A DNA stretch of 64,000 bases from a bacterium (GCA_965213625.1 CBDBZU010000004.1:2816001-2880000), one strand, 5' to 3'. Counted from the stretch's first letter, positions 50,060-62,278 are shown. The notes: a model not told the origin generated them from the sequence alone. Made by a program: numbers and translations.

Positions 50060-50998
50060 ATGAGCAAGCTCTCAGTATCTCAATTATTTGAAGATCTGCG
50101 AGAAGAGTTGAAGTTATCTGTAATTTCTGGCGAATCCGGTATGAATCGCCTAGTGAATCATACGCATTTTCAGAAAAATGGTTTGCCTCTAGCCGGATTC
50201 TTGAAAGCCGTACATCCCGACAGGATTCAGGTATGGGGCAGCACGGAGGTTCGTTTCCTGGATGACCTCGAGGAGGAGAAACGGCTCGAGGCGGTACGTA
50301 AATATTTTCGCCTGCCCCTGTGCGCGGTGTTGGTTACGGGAGGGAAAGATATCTTCCCAAGCATACGAGAAGCATCTGACAGATTCAGCGTACCGATTAT
50401 CGTCTCTGGGCTTCATGGCAAAGATTTGATGCCGAAATTATCGGGATATCTCGAGGAACACCTGTCCCTCCATGCACGGCTTCATGGCGTCCTTGTTGAT
50501 TTGTACGGTGTGGGAGTGCTCATCCAAGGGAAAAGCGGTATCGGGAAAAGCGAGTGTGCTCTCCATCTCGTCACACGAGGGCACAGGCTCGTAGCTGACG
50601 ACGTAGTGGATATCCAATTACGCGGGAATGAACTGGTCGGGAAAAGCACCGAGTTGCTCAAGCACCACATCGAGGTAAGGGGGCTTGGGATACTGAATTT
50701 GAAAGACCTCTTTGGCGTCGTGGCGATTCGGTACGAAAAAAACGTGGAGATGATCGTGGAGCTGATTCCATTGACCCCGGATTTGCCTTTCGAGCGTCTC
50801 GGGATCGACCTCGAGACCCAAAATATTTTGGGTAAATTTCTGCCGCACGTTAAAATACCTGTTGCTCCTGGGAGGAATATTCCCACACTCATTGAGGTTG
50901 CGGCCAGGAACCTGTTGTTGCAAAGAATGGGTTATTTCTCTGCAGAGGAATTCAGTCGTACGCTCTCCGCCCAGATCGCGCTCGGGACAACCAGTTAG
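50060..50998 (+). CDS. hprK: HPr kinase/phosphorylase
   Basis: HGVLVD.YG.GVLI.GKSGIGKSECAL, GHRLVADD, IEVRGLGI, PVAPGRN. Confidence 0.96.
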   Translation: MSKLSVSQLFEDLREELKLSVISGESGMNRLVNHTHFQKNGLPLAGFLKAVHPDRIQVWGSTEVRFLDDLEEEKRLEAVRKYFRLPLCAVLVTGGKDIFPSIREASDRFSVPIIVSGLHGKDLMPKLSGYLEEHLSLHARLHGVLVDLYGVGVLIQGKSGIGKSECALHLVTRGHRLVADDVVDIQLRGNELVGKSTELLKHHIEVRGLGILNLKDLFGVVAIRYEKNVEMIVELIPLTPDLPFERLGIDLETQNILGKFLPHVKIPVAPGRNIPTLIEVAARNLLLQRMGYFSAEEFSRTLSAQIALGTTS

Positions 50999-51024
50999 CC
51001 CGGAGAAATGAAAAGAGGTTTCGC

Positions 51025-51447
51025 ATGATTGGCTTGGTAATCGTCGGCCATGGAGACTATCCTGATGCGCTGTTGCATGCGGCCGAGTCCGTTCTGTCAG
51101 GGACAACGCAAACGAAGGCGCTCTCCCTTCGGCCGGACGCCGACCCCGCCGGATTTACCGATAAAATTGAGAAAACGGTGATGGAAGTAGATTCGGGTGA
51201 GGGTGTGATTATTATGACGGATATGATGGGTGGCGCACCTACGAATGCGGCACTCGCAATGCTGAACCATCCCGGTGTAGAGGTTGTGACGGGAGTCAAT
51301 TTGCCGATGCTTTTGAAGTTGTCGTTCATCAAGGGAATGAGCGTATCCGATGCAGCGCGTTTTCTGGTGGAATATGGGAGGCGGAACTTGGCTCAACCGA
51401 GTGAAATGATCAATTCCGTAAAACAACGCCCGGCCAGGGAGGGATAA
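51025..51447 (+). CDS. PTS mannose/fructose-family EIIA component
   Basis: IGLVIVGHG, TDMMGGAPTN, VVTGVNLPMLL. Confidence 0.92.
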   Translation: MIGLVIVGHGDYPDALLHAAESVLSGTTQTKALSLRPDADPAGFTDKIEKTVMEVDSGEGVIIMTDMMGGAPTNAALAMLNHPGVEVVTGVNLPMLLKLSFIKGMSVSDAARFLVEYGRRNLAQPSEMINSVKQRPAREG

Positions 51448-51455
51448 TCTCCATC

Positions 51456-51725
51456 ATGGCGGAGCAAAGAGTCATCATCAGCAATCAAATGGGGCTTCAC
51501 GCCAGGGCAGCTGCCAAGTTCGTGAGGTTATCGAGTAAATTCGAGTGCGAAATTCTGGTTCAATTCCACGATATGGAAGTAGACGGGAAGAGCATCATGG
51601 GTGTCATGATGCTTGCGGCAACCCCTGGCTCGGAACTCCAGATCAGCGCTCGTGGTCCAGATGAAGAAAAGGCAGTAAAAGAATTGACGGACTTGGTTCG
51701 AAACGGCTTTGGAGAAATGGCGTAA
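51456..51725 (+). CDS. ptsH: Phosphocarrier protein HPr
   Basis: GLHARAA (His15), DGKSIMG (Ser46), GPDE..A. Confidence 0.96.
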   Translation: MAEQRVIISNQMGLHARAAAKFVRLSSKFECEILVQFHDMEVDGKSIMGVMMLAATPGSELQISARGPDEEKAVKELTDLVRNGFGEMA

Positions 51726-52021
51726 GGTTTCAAGGTATCGTGTTTGAGATTGGAAGCACAAATATTCATGTATTTTCTACAAGGTTTAATTTATTATACT
51801 GATAAATAAATTGTTAACGAAACAATTTTCACGATATTATCTGTCTTACCGCCCCCTGGATGGAAACTTGTTCATCATTCGTTTTAAGAAAAAACAACAT
51901 TTTTCCCGCGCGCTTCCGTCTATTTTCAAGAAGTGATAAAAGACGCCGGAAAACGCATCTAGCCTAGCGAGGCGTTCTGTTTGAATTGATGACGACCTCC
52001 AATTCCTGTGGGAGATAGTAG

Positions 52022-54509
<2,488 letters not shown>

Positions 54510-54553
54510 AATTCTCCGCTCCTGATACGCCGCCCGCCACGGGAGAGATTTCT

Positions 54554-55867
54554 GTGGCCAGAAATTCGTTCTCTACTCTGCTTAGAAGAGAAAAGACAAA
54601 ACGGCTGCTGAGGAATTCATTTCTCGTTCTCGTTTTTTTTCTTTTTTGCTGGGTGCAAAGCGAAGGATTTGCGCTCGGCGCAAGGAATCCAGTCGCGAGA
54701 ATTCTTGGAGTTCGAGAGTTTTCCACCCCGGATTATGCGCGAATCGTCTTTATATTGAACCGCGAAGCATTTGATTTTAAATCAGGCGTCTTGAGAAAGC
54801 CCTCTCGAATTTATATTGATCTCCCTCGCGGGCGAATCACTCAGGGCGTTCAAATTCCAAAATTCTCTCCGGGAAAAAGCATCGTATCTCGTCTCAGGTT
54901 TGGACAACCGAGAAAAAACCGTCTACGCCTCGTGATCGATATCGCGAAAAAGCATGATGCTAAATACCGAATTTTTACCCTCCCTAGTCCACAACGAATC
55001 GTGGTTGACGTATGGGCCAAAAGCACAAACATCACGAAACCATCCAACAGGGGAGGGCGCAAACGCCCAGAGCCCCAAAAATCCGGCCGCGCGCTCAAGG
55101 CGCCTCCACGTCGGAAGAAGCTGACCCGTCGTGAGATGAATATGGCTCAACGGTTTCGTCACGGCCTTGGCAGAATCGTCCTGGACCCCGGACATGGAGG
55201 TAAGGATCCCGGCGCGGTCGGTTTGTCCGGCCTGAGAGAAAAACGAGTCGCTCTCGACATCGCCCTGAGAACCAGACGGGTGCTGAGACGTGTCATGCCA
55301 GGAAACCGGGTCTATCTCACCAGAACTACGGACAGGTACATTTCCTTATCCAGGAGGACTTCTTTCGCTAATGAGAATGAGGCGGATATTTTCGTGTCCA
55401 TTCATGCGAACAGCGCGCGTTCGCGACGCATCCACGGAATCGAGACCTATCTTTTGAGCGAGGCCTCATCGGGCAGGGCGCTCAGATTGGCGGCCAGAGA
55501 AAGCGGGACGACGCTTGCGCGTATGACAGATTTACAAAAGATACTGAACGATTTGGGATTGAGGTCGAAAGTTGCGGAATCTCGGCAGTTGGCGCAGCGG
55601 GTTCAGCAAGCAATGCTCTCGCGTTTGAGGCCCGGATACCGCGCCATCCGCGACCTGGGCGTGAAGCGTGGGCCGTTTTATGTACTGCTCGGCGCCCGGA
55701 TGCCGAGCATTTTGGTCGAAGTCGCGTTTATCTCGAATCGAAAGGAAGCGCGACGGGTGCGCAGTCCCAAGTACCGCCAGGCGCTTGCGGAAGGTATCGC
55801 AAAAGGTATCATGAAGTTTGTGGGCATAGGCTCTAGTGCAGCCAAAAAGAAAGCCCGGAGGCGCTAA
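54554..55867 (+). CDS. N-acetylmuramoyl-L-alanine amidase (AMIN + Amidase_3, AmiC-like)
   Basis: N-terminal TM/signal, AMIN (P.RIYIDL, P.RIVVDV), LDPGHGGKDPGA, EK..ALD, SIHAN, ILVEVAF.SN. Confidence 0.93.
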   Translation: MARNSFSTLLRREKTKRLLRNSFLVLVFFLFCWVQSEGFALGARNPVARILGVREFSTPDYARIVFILNREAFDFKSGVLRKPSRIYIDLPRGRITQGVQIPKFSPGKSIVSRLRFGQPRKNRLRLVIDIAKKHDAKYRIFTLPSPQRIVVDVWAKSTNITKPSNRGGRKRPEPQKSGRALKAPPRRKKLTRREMNMAQRFRHGLGRIVLDPGHGGKDPGAVGLSGLREKRVALDIALRTRRVLRRVMPGNRVYLTRTTDRYISLSRRTSFANENEADIFVSIHANSARSRRIHGIETYLLSEASSGRALRLAARESGTTLARMTDLQKILNDLGLRSKVAESRQLAQRVQQAMLSRLRPGYRAIRDLGVKRGPFYVLLGARMPSILVEVAFISNRKEARRVRSPKYRQALAEGIAKGIMKFVGIGSSAAKKKARRR

Positions 55868-55892
55868 AGACCATTTCATTTAGGAACACTCC

Positions 55893-57260
55893 ATGTCTTC
55901 TCCTGTCTTTGTGATCGTAGGGCGCCCGAATGTGGGAAAATCTACATTATTCAATCGTCTAATCGGTAGACGGGACGCCATTGTTCAGGCGGAACCGGGA
56001 GTAACCCGTGACAGACGCTACGGTGAGGGAAAATGGGAAGGCACCAAATTTCTCGCCGTCGATACAGGCGGCATTGCCGCATCTGAAGGCGACCCATTTT
56101 TGCCGAAAATTTATGAACAGACGGTAGCCGCAATTGAAGAAAGTGATGTGGTTTTATTTCTTGTCGATGGAATTGAGGGCTTACTTCCCGGGGACTACGA
56201 GGTTGCGCAAATGGTACGCATCTCACAGAAGCCGGTGCTGCTCATCTTGAATAAATCGGATTCCAAGCGCACCCGAGAAACGGAATGGGATTTTTACCAG
56301 CTAGGCCTTGGGGAAGTATGGCCCATTTCGGCGGAACATGGTTCAGGCGTGTTCGAGGTGATGGACGAGGCGATTCGTATCGTTTCGAGTAATTACGGAG
56401 CAGAGGAGGTCAAAGATGAAGATGAGCGTCGTATCGCCGTCGTAGGCCGCCCGAACGTGGGAAAATCCTCTTTCGTAAATCAAATTCTGGGAAGCGAACG
56501 GACCCTGGTGAGCCCTGTGCCAGGCACGACGCGAGACCCGGTGGATTCCCTGTGTATGCGAGAGGGCAAATCGTACCGCTTCGTGGATACGGCCGGCATC
56601 AGGAGAAGAGGGAAGATTGGCAATCGCCAGATTGAAGCGGTGAGCATGATTATGGCTTATCGCAGTATTGAGCGCGCCCAGATCGCATTGCTTCTCATCG
56701 ACGCGACAGAGGGTCCTACAACTATGGATGCGCAGATTGCACGTCACATCAAGGAATCGGGCCGGGCCTGTGCCATATTATTGAATAAGTGGGACCTCCT
56801 GGCGAAGGGGAGTAAGACGTTTGATGAGAAAGTACGTGAGATAAAAGACAAACTGGTACACGTAAATTTCGCGCCGGTTCTTTCGGTGTCCGCTCTAACA
56901 GGGCAGAGATGCGAGCGCGTTTTCGATGTCGTAGAAAAGATTCATGAATCTCACGGCAGGCGAGTATCCACCGGACAATTGAACCGAGCGATCACGGAAA
57001 TCGTTCATGCGCACCCACCGCCCACCGTTTCAGGAGGGCGGCGTCCTAAGGTGTTTTATTCCACCCAAAGCGGTGTTTTTCCGCCTCATGTCATACTCTT
57101 TGCGAGTCTCGCCAGCCAACTCCCTGTGGAGCAATATGGACGCTACGTGGAGAACAGGTTGAGGGAGCGTTTTGATTTCGAGGGTACACCGCTTCGGGTG
57201 AGTTTTCGCCAAAGAGGGACGAGCGCTCCGCATAGACGTGGTGGAAGAGCAAAAAGATAA
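55893..57260 (+). CDS. der: Ribosome biogenesis GTPase Der (EngA)
   Basis: Two G domains (GRPNVGKS twice, DTGG/DTAG, NKSD/NKWD) and KH-like C-terminus. Confidence 0.97.
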   Translation: MSSPVFVIVGRPNVGKSTLFNRLIGRRDAIVQAEPGVTRDRRYGEGKWEGTKFLAVDTGGIAASEGDPFLPKIYEQTVAAIEESDVVLFLVDGIEGLLPGDYEVAQMVRISQKPVLLILNKSDSKRTRETEWDFYQLGLGEVWPISAEHGSGVFEVMDEAIRIVSSNYGAEEVKDEDERRIAVVGRPNVGKSSFVNQILGSERTLVSPVPGTTRDPVDSLCMREGKSYRFVDTAGIRRRGKIGNRQIEAVSMIMAYRSIERAQIALLLIDATEGPTTMDAQIARHIKESGRACAILLNKWDLLAKGSKTFDEKVREIKDKLVHVNFAPVLSVSALTGQRCERVFDVVEKIHESHGRRVSTGQLNRAITEIVHAHPPPTVSGGRRPKVFYSTQSGVFPPHVILFASLASQLPVEQYGRYVENRLRERFDFEGTPLRVSFRQRGTSAPHRRGGRAKR

Positions 57261-57349
57261 CTTCAAGGAATTTCGAGAGTTTGAGGTGAAAGCACACCTT
57301 CATAGTTCATGCCTAGCTTTAATGATACCCTGCAAGTAATTCAATCTGA

Positions 57350-57378
57350 TTGACAAAGCGAACCTTGGATGGCAGGAT
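57350..57378 (+). promoter_or_regulatory. Possible sigma70-type promoter upstream of the EF-G paralog
   Basis: TTGACA-N17-CAGGAT with TG before the -10 element. Confidence 0.4.
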
Positions 57379-57476
57379 TTGCTAAATGATGGATTTACGC
57401 TTATCACCGAGTCTGGCGCGAGGACCGTTCCATACGTCACGTTGCCAAAGGGCTGATATCAGAGGAGTTGAGGTAG

Positions 57477-59564
57477 ATGGCGGCACATGAAACTGAAAAT
57501 ATTCGGAACGTTGCTTTTGTGGGAGAGGGAGGAAACGGAAAAACTTCTCTTATTGAAGCCTGCCTATTCACCTCGGGAAGCACCGACAGGCAAGGGAAAG
57601 TCGATGCGGGAAATACGATACTCGACTCCGAACCCGAAGAAGTGAAGAGAAACTCTTCCATTCTGGGCGCAGTGGCCTACGCAAATTGGAACAGGTATCG
57701 CCTCAATCTTCTCGATACGCCGGGGTATTCGAATTTCATATCAGATACCGTTGCGGCCATTCATGCATGTGACAACGCCGTCGTCGTTCTGAATGCTCAC
57801 TCTGAGCCGAAAGTGATTACCGAAAAAGTGTTGGGTTGGGCCGAAGAAGAAGGCCTATGCACATTCATATATCTGAACCAGATGGATCATGAACAAGCTG
57901 ATTTAAGCCGCGCGATGGAATATGCGGAGAAGACGATTAACAAACGTCTCGTAGTGTTGCAATTGCCCATGAATCCCGGAGCCGGTTTCGATGGTGTCGT
58001 CGATCTCATTTCGGGGAAAGCTTACACCTACGAGGTCGAGGGGAATGGGAAAGGGGCGGAGAGTGACGTTCCGGCGGAGCTTGCCGATGCCTATGAAGAG
58101 TACCGCGGGCAGCTTATCGAGTTTGCGGCGGAGGCGAACGAGGAAGTTCTCGAGAAATATCTGGAGGGAGAAGAACTCTCGCCGGATGAGATTATACAGG
58201 GTTTACGCCAGGGGATTCAGGAAGGCGCCTTCATGCCGGTTTTATGCGGGTGTGGTTTGAAAAACGTAGGGACGGACCTTTTTCTCCAAGCGATCGAGCA
58301 GTTCGGCGCCTCGCCATTGGCGCATGAATTCAAGGCGAAAAACACGAACGGCGAAGAGGTGAGCATCAAGGCGGATTCAGGCGAGCCTTTCCGCGCCCTG
58401 GTATTCAAGACGGTTGTCGACGCTTTCGCCGGCAAATTGAATTATTTCCGCGTGATCTCGGGTGAAGTTTCTTCCGATACCGGTGTTCTCAACACCACGC
58501 AATCCGAGAAAGAGAGAATCGGTTCTTTGTTATTTATTCAGGGCAAAACCCAGTCTCCCGTCTCCGACAGACTTGTGCCGGGAGATATCGCTGCGCTCGC
58601 CAAGCTCAAAACCACGAGAACGGGGGATACGCTTTGCGACGAGGCCGGCGCCGTTGAGTTCGAGCCGATCAAATTTCCGTCACCCGTCATCTCCTACGCA
58701 TTGGCGCCCAAGAGCAAGGGTGATGAGGAGAAGCTCAGCACGGCCCTCGCGCGTTTGCGCGATGAGGACCCTGCACTCACGGTGAGCCGTGATTCTCAGA
58801 CAAAAGAGATGCTTCTTTCTGGTCTGGGCGTATTGCACATCGAGGTGATAGTCGAGCGTATCAAGCGCAAGTACGGCGTGGAAGTAGAGATGAAGACTCC
58901 GCGCGTGCCCTACAAGGAAACGATTAAGGGTAGAACCAAAGTGCAGGGCCGCTACAAGAAACAAACCGGTGGCCGTGGACAGTTTGGCGACACCTGGCTT
59001 GAGATTGAGCCGCTACAGCGCGGGGGCGGGTTCGAGTTCGTGGACAAGATTGTGGGTGGAGCGATTCCTAAAACATTCATCCCGGCCGTGGAGAAGGGGA
59101 TCGTAGAGGCAATGGACTCTGGAACCCTGGCGGGCTATCCCGTGACGGATCTGAAAATTACGCTTTATGACGGCAGTTTTCACAACGTCGACAGCTCTGA
59201 AATGGCGTTCAAAATTGCCGGCTCTCTCGGGTTCAAAAAAGGTGTTCAGGAGTGTAGGCCTACTCTTCTCGAGCCGATTATGAATATGCAAATCGTCGTT
59301 CCGGAAGAGTATATGGGCGACATCATCGGTGACATGAATTCGCGCAGGGGCAGGGTTCTTGGCATGGACCCCAGTGTCGGCGACAAACAGGTCATCAAGT
59401 CTCAGGTTCCCATGGCGGAGGTGTTGAACTATGCGCCGGCGCTGCGATCGCTGACAGCGGATCGGGGAGATTTCTCCATGGAGTTTTCTCATTACGAGGA
59501 AGTGCCGGGACAGATTACTGAAAAAGTCATTTCTGAAGCGGCTGTCGCCCGCGAGAGCGAATAA
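57477..59564 (+). CDS. Elongation factor G paralog (EF-G2-like)
   Basis: Full five-domain EF-G layout (KKQTGGRGQFG, DGSFH.VDSSEMAF, LLEP) with variant G motifs GEGGNGKTS, RNSSI, DTPGY, NQMD; not in an rpsL-rpsG operon. Confidence 0.9.
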   Translation: MAAHETENIRNVAFVGEGGNGKTSLIEACLFTSGSTDRQGKVDAGNTILDSEPEEVKRNSSILGAVAYANWNRYRLNLLDTPGYSNFISDTVAAIHACDNAVVVLNAHSEPKVITEKVLGWAEEEGLCTFIYLNQMDHEQADLSRAMEYAEKTINKRLVVLQLPMNPGAGFDGVVDLISGKAYTYEVEGNGKGAESDVPAELADAYEEYRGQLIEFAAEANEEVLEKYLEGEELSPDEIIQGLRQGIQEGAFMPVLCGCGLKNVGTDLFLQAIEQFGASPLAHEFKAKNTNGEEVSIKADSGEPFRALVFKTVVDAFAGKLNYFRVISGEVSSDTGVLNTTQSEKERIGSLLFIQGKTQSPVSDRLVPGDIAALAKLKTTRTGDTLCDEAGAVEFEPIKFPSPVISYALAPKSKGDEEKLSTALARLRDEDPALTVSRDSQTKEMLLSGLGVLHIEVIVERIKRKYGVEVEMKTPRVPYKETIKGRTKVQGRYKKQTGGRGQFGDTWLEIEPLQRGGGFEFVDKIVGGAIPKTFIPAVEKGIVEAMDSGTLAGYPVTDLKITLYDGSFHNVDSSEMAFKIAGSLGFKKGVQECRPTLLEPIMNMQIVVPEEYMGDIIGDMNSRRGRVLGMDPSVGDKQVIKSQVPMAEVLNYAPALRSLTADRGDFSMEFSHYEEVPGQITEKVISEAAVARESE

Positions 59565-59589
59565 TTTTCGCATTTAGAGGGTTCCTATC

Positions 59590-60840
59590 ATGGAGAGAAA
59601 AGGCGTGAATCTTCTCGAAGGCGATGATGATGAGGATAGGGAAGACGAACCAGAGAGAGATTCCGGCGACGACGGAGGAAGTTATGAACGCCGTAGAGGC
59701 GGCTTCGTCGATGTCTTGATGGTCATCCTGTTCGTATGCGTCATGCTGGGAGGCGTGGCGTGGGCGGGTTATCAATTCTGGTGGCTTCCTAAAATGAAAA
59801 AATCGGCGCAACTCAAAAGAGACCGCATAAAGCAAGAACAACAAAGAAAAATGCGATTAGCGAAAATGAGTGGCGCACCTGAACGCGCGCAACAGGCTCC
59901 CAGCGCTTCCGCGAATTTTGGACAAACCAAGAGAGCGCAGGAACAAAACAGAAACTTCGGCGCAACGGCTCGAACCATGAGACCTGAGCGTCCAGCACTA
60001 TCGAATCCAGCCGAGAAACCAGCTTCCCCCGCTGCTCCGATGACGAGGCGAAATCCCGACGCCCCAAGCTCGACCGAGAATACACCGTCCGCCTCCGCGG
60101 CGGTCATGAAAAAAACCACACTCCCTGTGCAAGCTGGGAAAGCGCCACTCGCCGCAGCTCCGGTGGTGGGAAAAACCGCTCCTCCGCTCAGGACGAAGGA
60201 GATGCAGGGGCGTACAATGACGTCGCCGGCGCAAATGCCCGAGAAGAAAGTCCCGCCAAAGAAGGCAGAACCCAGAAAGCAAATTGCCAGGAAAAAGCCG
60301 ACGACGAAAGTTCGGGGAGACGGGAGGAGCGCCCGCAAGCCGACTCGTGGGTTTTACTATAGCGTCCAGGTGGCTTCTTGCAGAACCGAACGCTGTGCGT
60401 CCTCGTTTTCAGAACGTTTGAAAAGCAAGGGATTTTCCGCTTTCAGAGTGACAAGCACAAGCCGTGCGAGGAGACGCAGCGCTCAATTCACAGAGGTGCG
60501 CCTCGGTTCGTTTGCGAGCCTTGATGAGGCTCGGGTACTTGCGAGCAAAGCGAGAAAAAACAAAATCGGAGCCAGGATGTATCGCTCCAAGAGTCGATGG
60601 ATAGTGGCTGCGGGAAGTTTTAAAAACTTAGAAGATGCGGCTCTTCTTCTGGATCGCGTCGAGGATTCCGGTTTTCGTGGCGAGCTTGCTTCCCGGCTTC
60701 GAAGCAGTGGGAGAGGGCGGCTTTACACAATCCGAACCGGGAAGTTCGCGAGCCTTCGTGATGCGATGGCATTCAGGAAAAAAATCCGCTCGGCAGGATT
60801 TTCCGATGCCATCGTAGTGCGCCGAAGGTTGAAAAAATAG
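59590..60840 (+). CDS. Membrane-anchored SPOR-domain cell division protein (FtsN/DamX-like layout)
   Basis: Acidic N-terminus, one TM, Pro/Ala/Lys-rich linker, four SPOR half-repeats (YSVQVAS, VRLGSF, VAAGSF, IRTGKF). Confidence 0.8.
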   Translation: MERKGVNLLEGDDDEDREDEPERDSGDDGGSYERRRGGFVDVLMVILFVCVMLGGVAWAGYQFWWLPKMKKSAQLKRDRIKQEQQRKMRLAKMSGAPERAQQAPSASANFGQTKRAQEQNRNFGATARTMRPERPALSNPAEKPASPAAPMTRRNPDAPSSTENTPSASAAVMKKTTLPVQAGKAPLAAAPVVGKTAPPLRTKEMQGRTMTSPAQMPEKKVPPKKAEPRKQIARKKPTTKVRGDGRSARKPTRGFYYSVQVASCRTERCASSFSERLKSKGFSAFRVTSTSRARRRSAQFTEVRLGSFASLDEARVLASKARKNKIGARMYRSKSRWIVAAGSFKNLEDAALLLDRVEDSGFRGELASRLRSSGRGRLYTIRTGKFASLRDAMAFRKKIRSAGFSDAIVVRRRLKK

Positions 60841-60850
60841 GGAGTCGATC

Positions 60851-61273
60851 ATGGCCCAGACTGCCCAAAACCAGCACATACCCGACAAATTATTCTTCAA
60901 GATCGGTGAAGTAGCCGAATTGACCGGTACGAAGCCCCATGTATTGCGCTACTGGGAGAGTGAGTTTCGAATGCTCCGGCCGGCGAAAGGCGACTCCGGA
61001 CAACGGATATATCGCCGCAAGGACGTAGAACTCGTTTTTTCGATCAAGCAGTTGTTGTATGAAGAGAACTTCACCATAGCTGGAGCCAAGAAACAACTTC
61101 AAAAACAAAGAGCAGCGAGAGCTGAGGCTAACAAGGAGAAAAAGCTTACCGAAGCCAAACCGGAAGTTGCTCCCCTGTTGCCGTTTGAAAGCTCAAGCCA
61201 GGAAAACATCGATATGGCGTGGGTTCGCAAAGAACTCAGGGAAATACTCGGAATCCTCAACAGAGGCCGTTGA
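60851..61273 (+). CDS. MerR-family transcriptional regulator
   Basis: [13 protein letters not shown]...[13 protein letters not shown]...[11 protein letters not shown]. Confidence 0.9.
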   Translation: MAQTAQNQHIPDKLFFKIGEVAELTGTKPHVLRYWESEFRMLRPAKGDSGQRIYRRKDVELVFSIKQLLYEENFTIAGAKKQLQKQRAARAEANKEKKLTEAKPEVAPLLPFESSSQENIDMAWVRKELREILGILNRGR

Positions 61274-61495
61274 AAGTCGACGTGGATTGTATTGTTAACT
61301 CCAAAGATGCACGCATATGGGGAGCGATTGACGGATTACTCCATTCCACTTATCGTGCCGCACCCGCTCACTCCCAATGACGTATACCGAACAAGAGGCT
61401 TTGTATCTGAATCGTTGAAAAGAGAATGGTTGATAAATTTCGAATGAAGCCATTGGCGACGAATCGGATCTTCAATACTAAAGGATCATGCTGAG

Positions 61496-62161
61496 ATGGC
61501 CAGGACTTTCAGAAAGGAAATTCGGCAGCCTGACGCGTTGCAAACCCAAGGAAGAAAAGTTGTTCTCTGGTTCATCGAGAACCAAAAGATTCTTTACATG
61601 GGTCTGGGCGCTGTAATTTTGGTGGCGGCTATTTTTGTTGGTTACCGCATGTGGGATGAGCGTGCGAGAGAAAAAGCGTCTTTGGCATATGCTTTGGCTA
61701 AAATCGCTTCTCCGGTTGGTGAGGCGGCGGAAACCGCGTTCCAGAAGGTGGCCGACGATTACCCGCGCTCACGCCCGGGCCTGCTGGCGCGACTACAACT
61801 CGCAGCATTATTGCGCGACAGAAAGCAATATCAAGGAGCACGGGCGCAGTACGAGCTTGTAGCGAAGAGCAGCATTTCTTCAGAGACCGACCAGGAGTTG
61901 GCGAAGCGCGGAATCGCCTCGGTTTTGATGCAGGAGGGAAATTGTGCAGAGGCAATCCAGACCTGGGAGTCGATTCTCGGCAAAGGGAGTCTTTTCACGT
62001 CCGAAGATCTGTATATCTCCATTGCCGATTGTCAGGAAAAGCTCGGCCAGAAGGAGGATGCGCGCAAGACTTATGAGGAACTAAGCAAAAAACATCCAGA
62101 GAGCCCATTCTTGACCGAGCAAATCCGTGCGAAGCTGGGCAGCGAAAAAGCCGCCAAATAG
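61496..62161 (+). CDS. Membrane-anchored TPR protein (YfgM-like)
   Basis: RKEIRQPD N-terminus, one TM, TPR-like helices (F..V...YP.S, A...YE.L...HPES). Confidence 0.75.
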   Translation: MARTFRKEIRQPDALQTQGRKVVLWFIENQKILYMGLGAVILVAAIFVGYRMWDERAREKASLAYALAKIASPVGEAAETAFQKVADDYPRSRPGLLARLQLAALLRDRKQYQGARAQYELVAKSSISSETDQELAKRGIASVLMQEGNCAEAIQTWESILGKGSLFTSEDLYISIADCQEKLGQKEDARKTYEELSKKHPESPFLTEQIRAKLGSEKAAK

Positions 62162-62191
62162 CGGGAATCCCGGCAATTCGCCGCGCAAGAT

Positions 62192-62219
62192 AAGTACGAT
62201 AAGATATGTTATGTAAAAT
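62192..62219 (+). other. dif (XerC/XerD recombination) site
   Basis: AAGTACGATAA-GATATG-TTATGTAAAAT: 11-6-11 layout, XerD arm one mismatch from E. coli TTATGTTAAAT, inner ATAA/TTAT inverted repeat, intergenic. Confidence 0.8.
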
Positions 62220-62264
62220 TATATGGCTGTCTCTTTTCCCACCTTTTTCTTGAACTCCCCTGCA

Positions 62265-62273
62265 TGATAGGCT
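62265..62273 (+). promoter_or_regulatory. Extended -10 element possibly giving a leaderless rtcB mRNA
   Basis: TGaTAGGCT separated by 5 nt from the rtcB ATG; no Shine-Dalgarno upstream. Confidence 0.4.
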
Positions 62274-62278
62274 GAGTC

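Noticed and set aside
49813-50091. 92-aa ORF after rpoN as hpf/raiA
   Set aside because: No HPF motifs, no RBS, overlaps hprK; probably a promoter region
57370-57383. TGGCAGGATTTGCT as a sigma-54 promoter
   Set aside because: GG to GC spacing is 8 nt rather than the required 10
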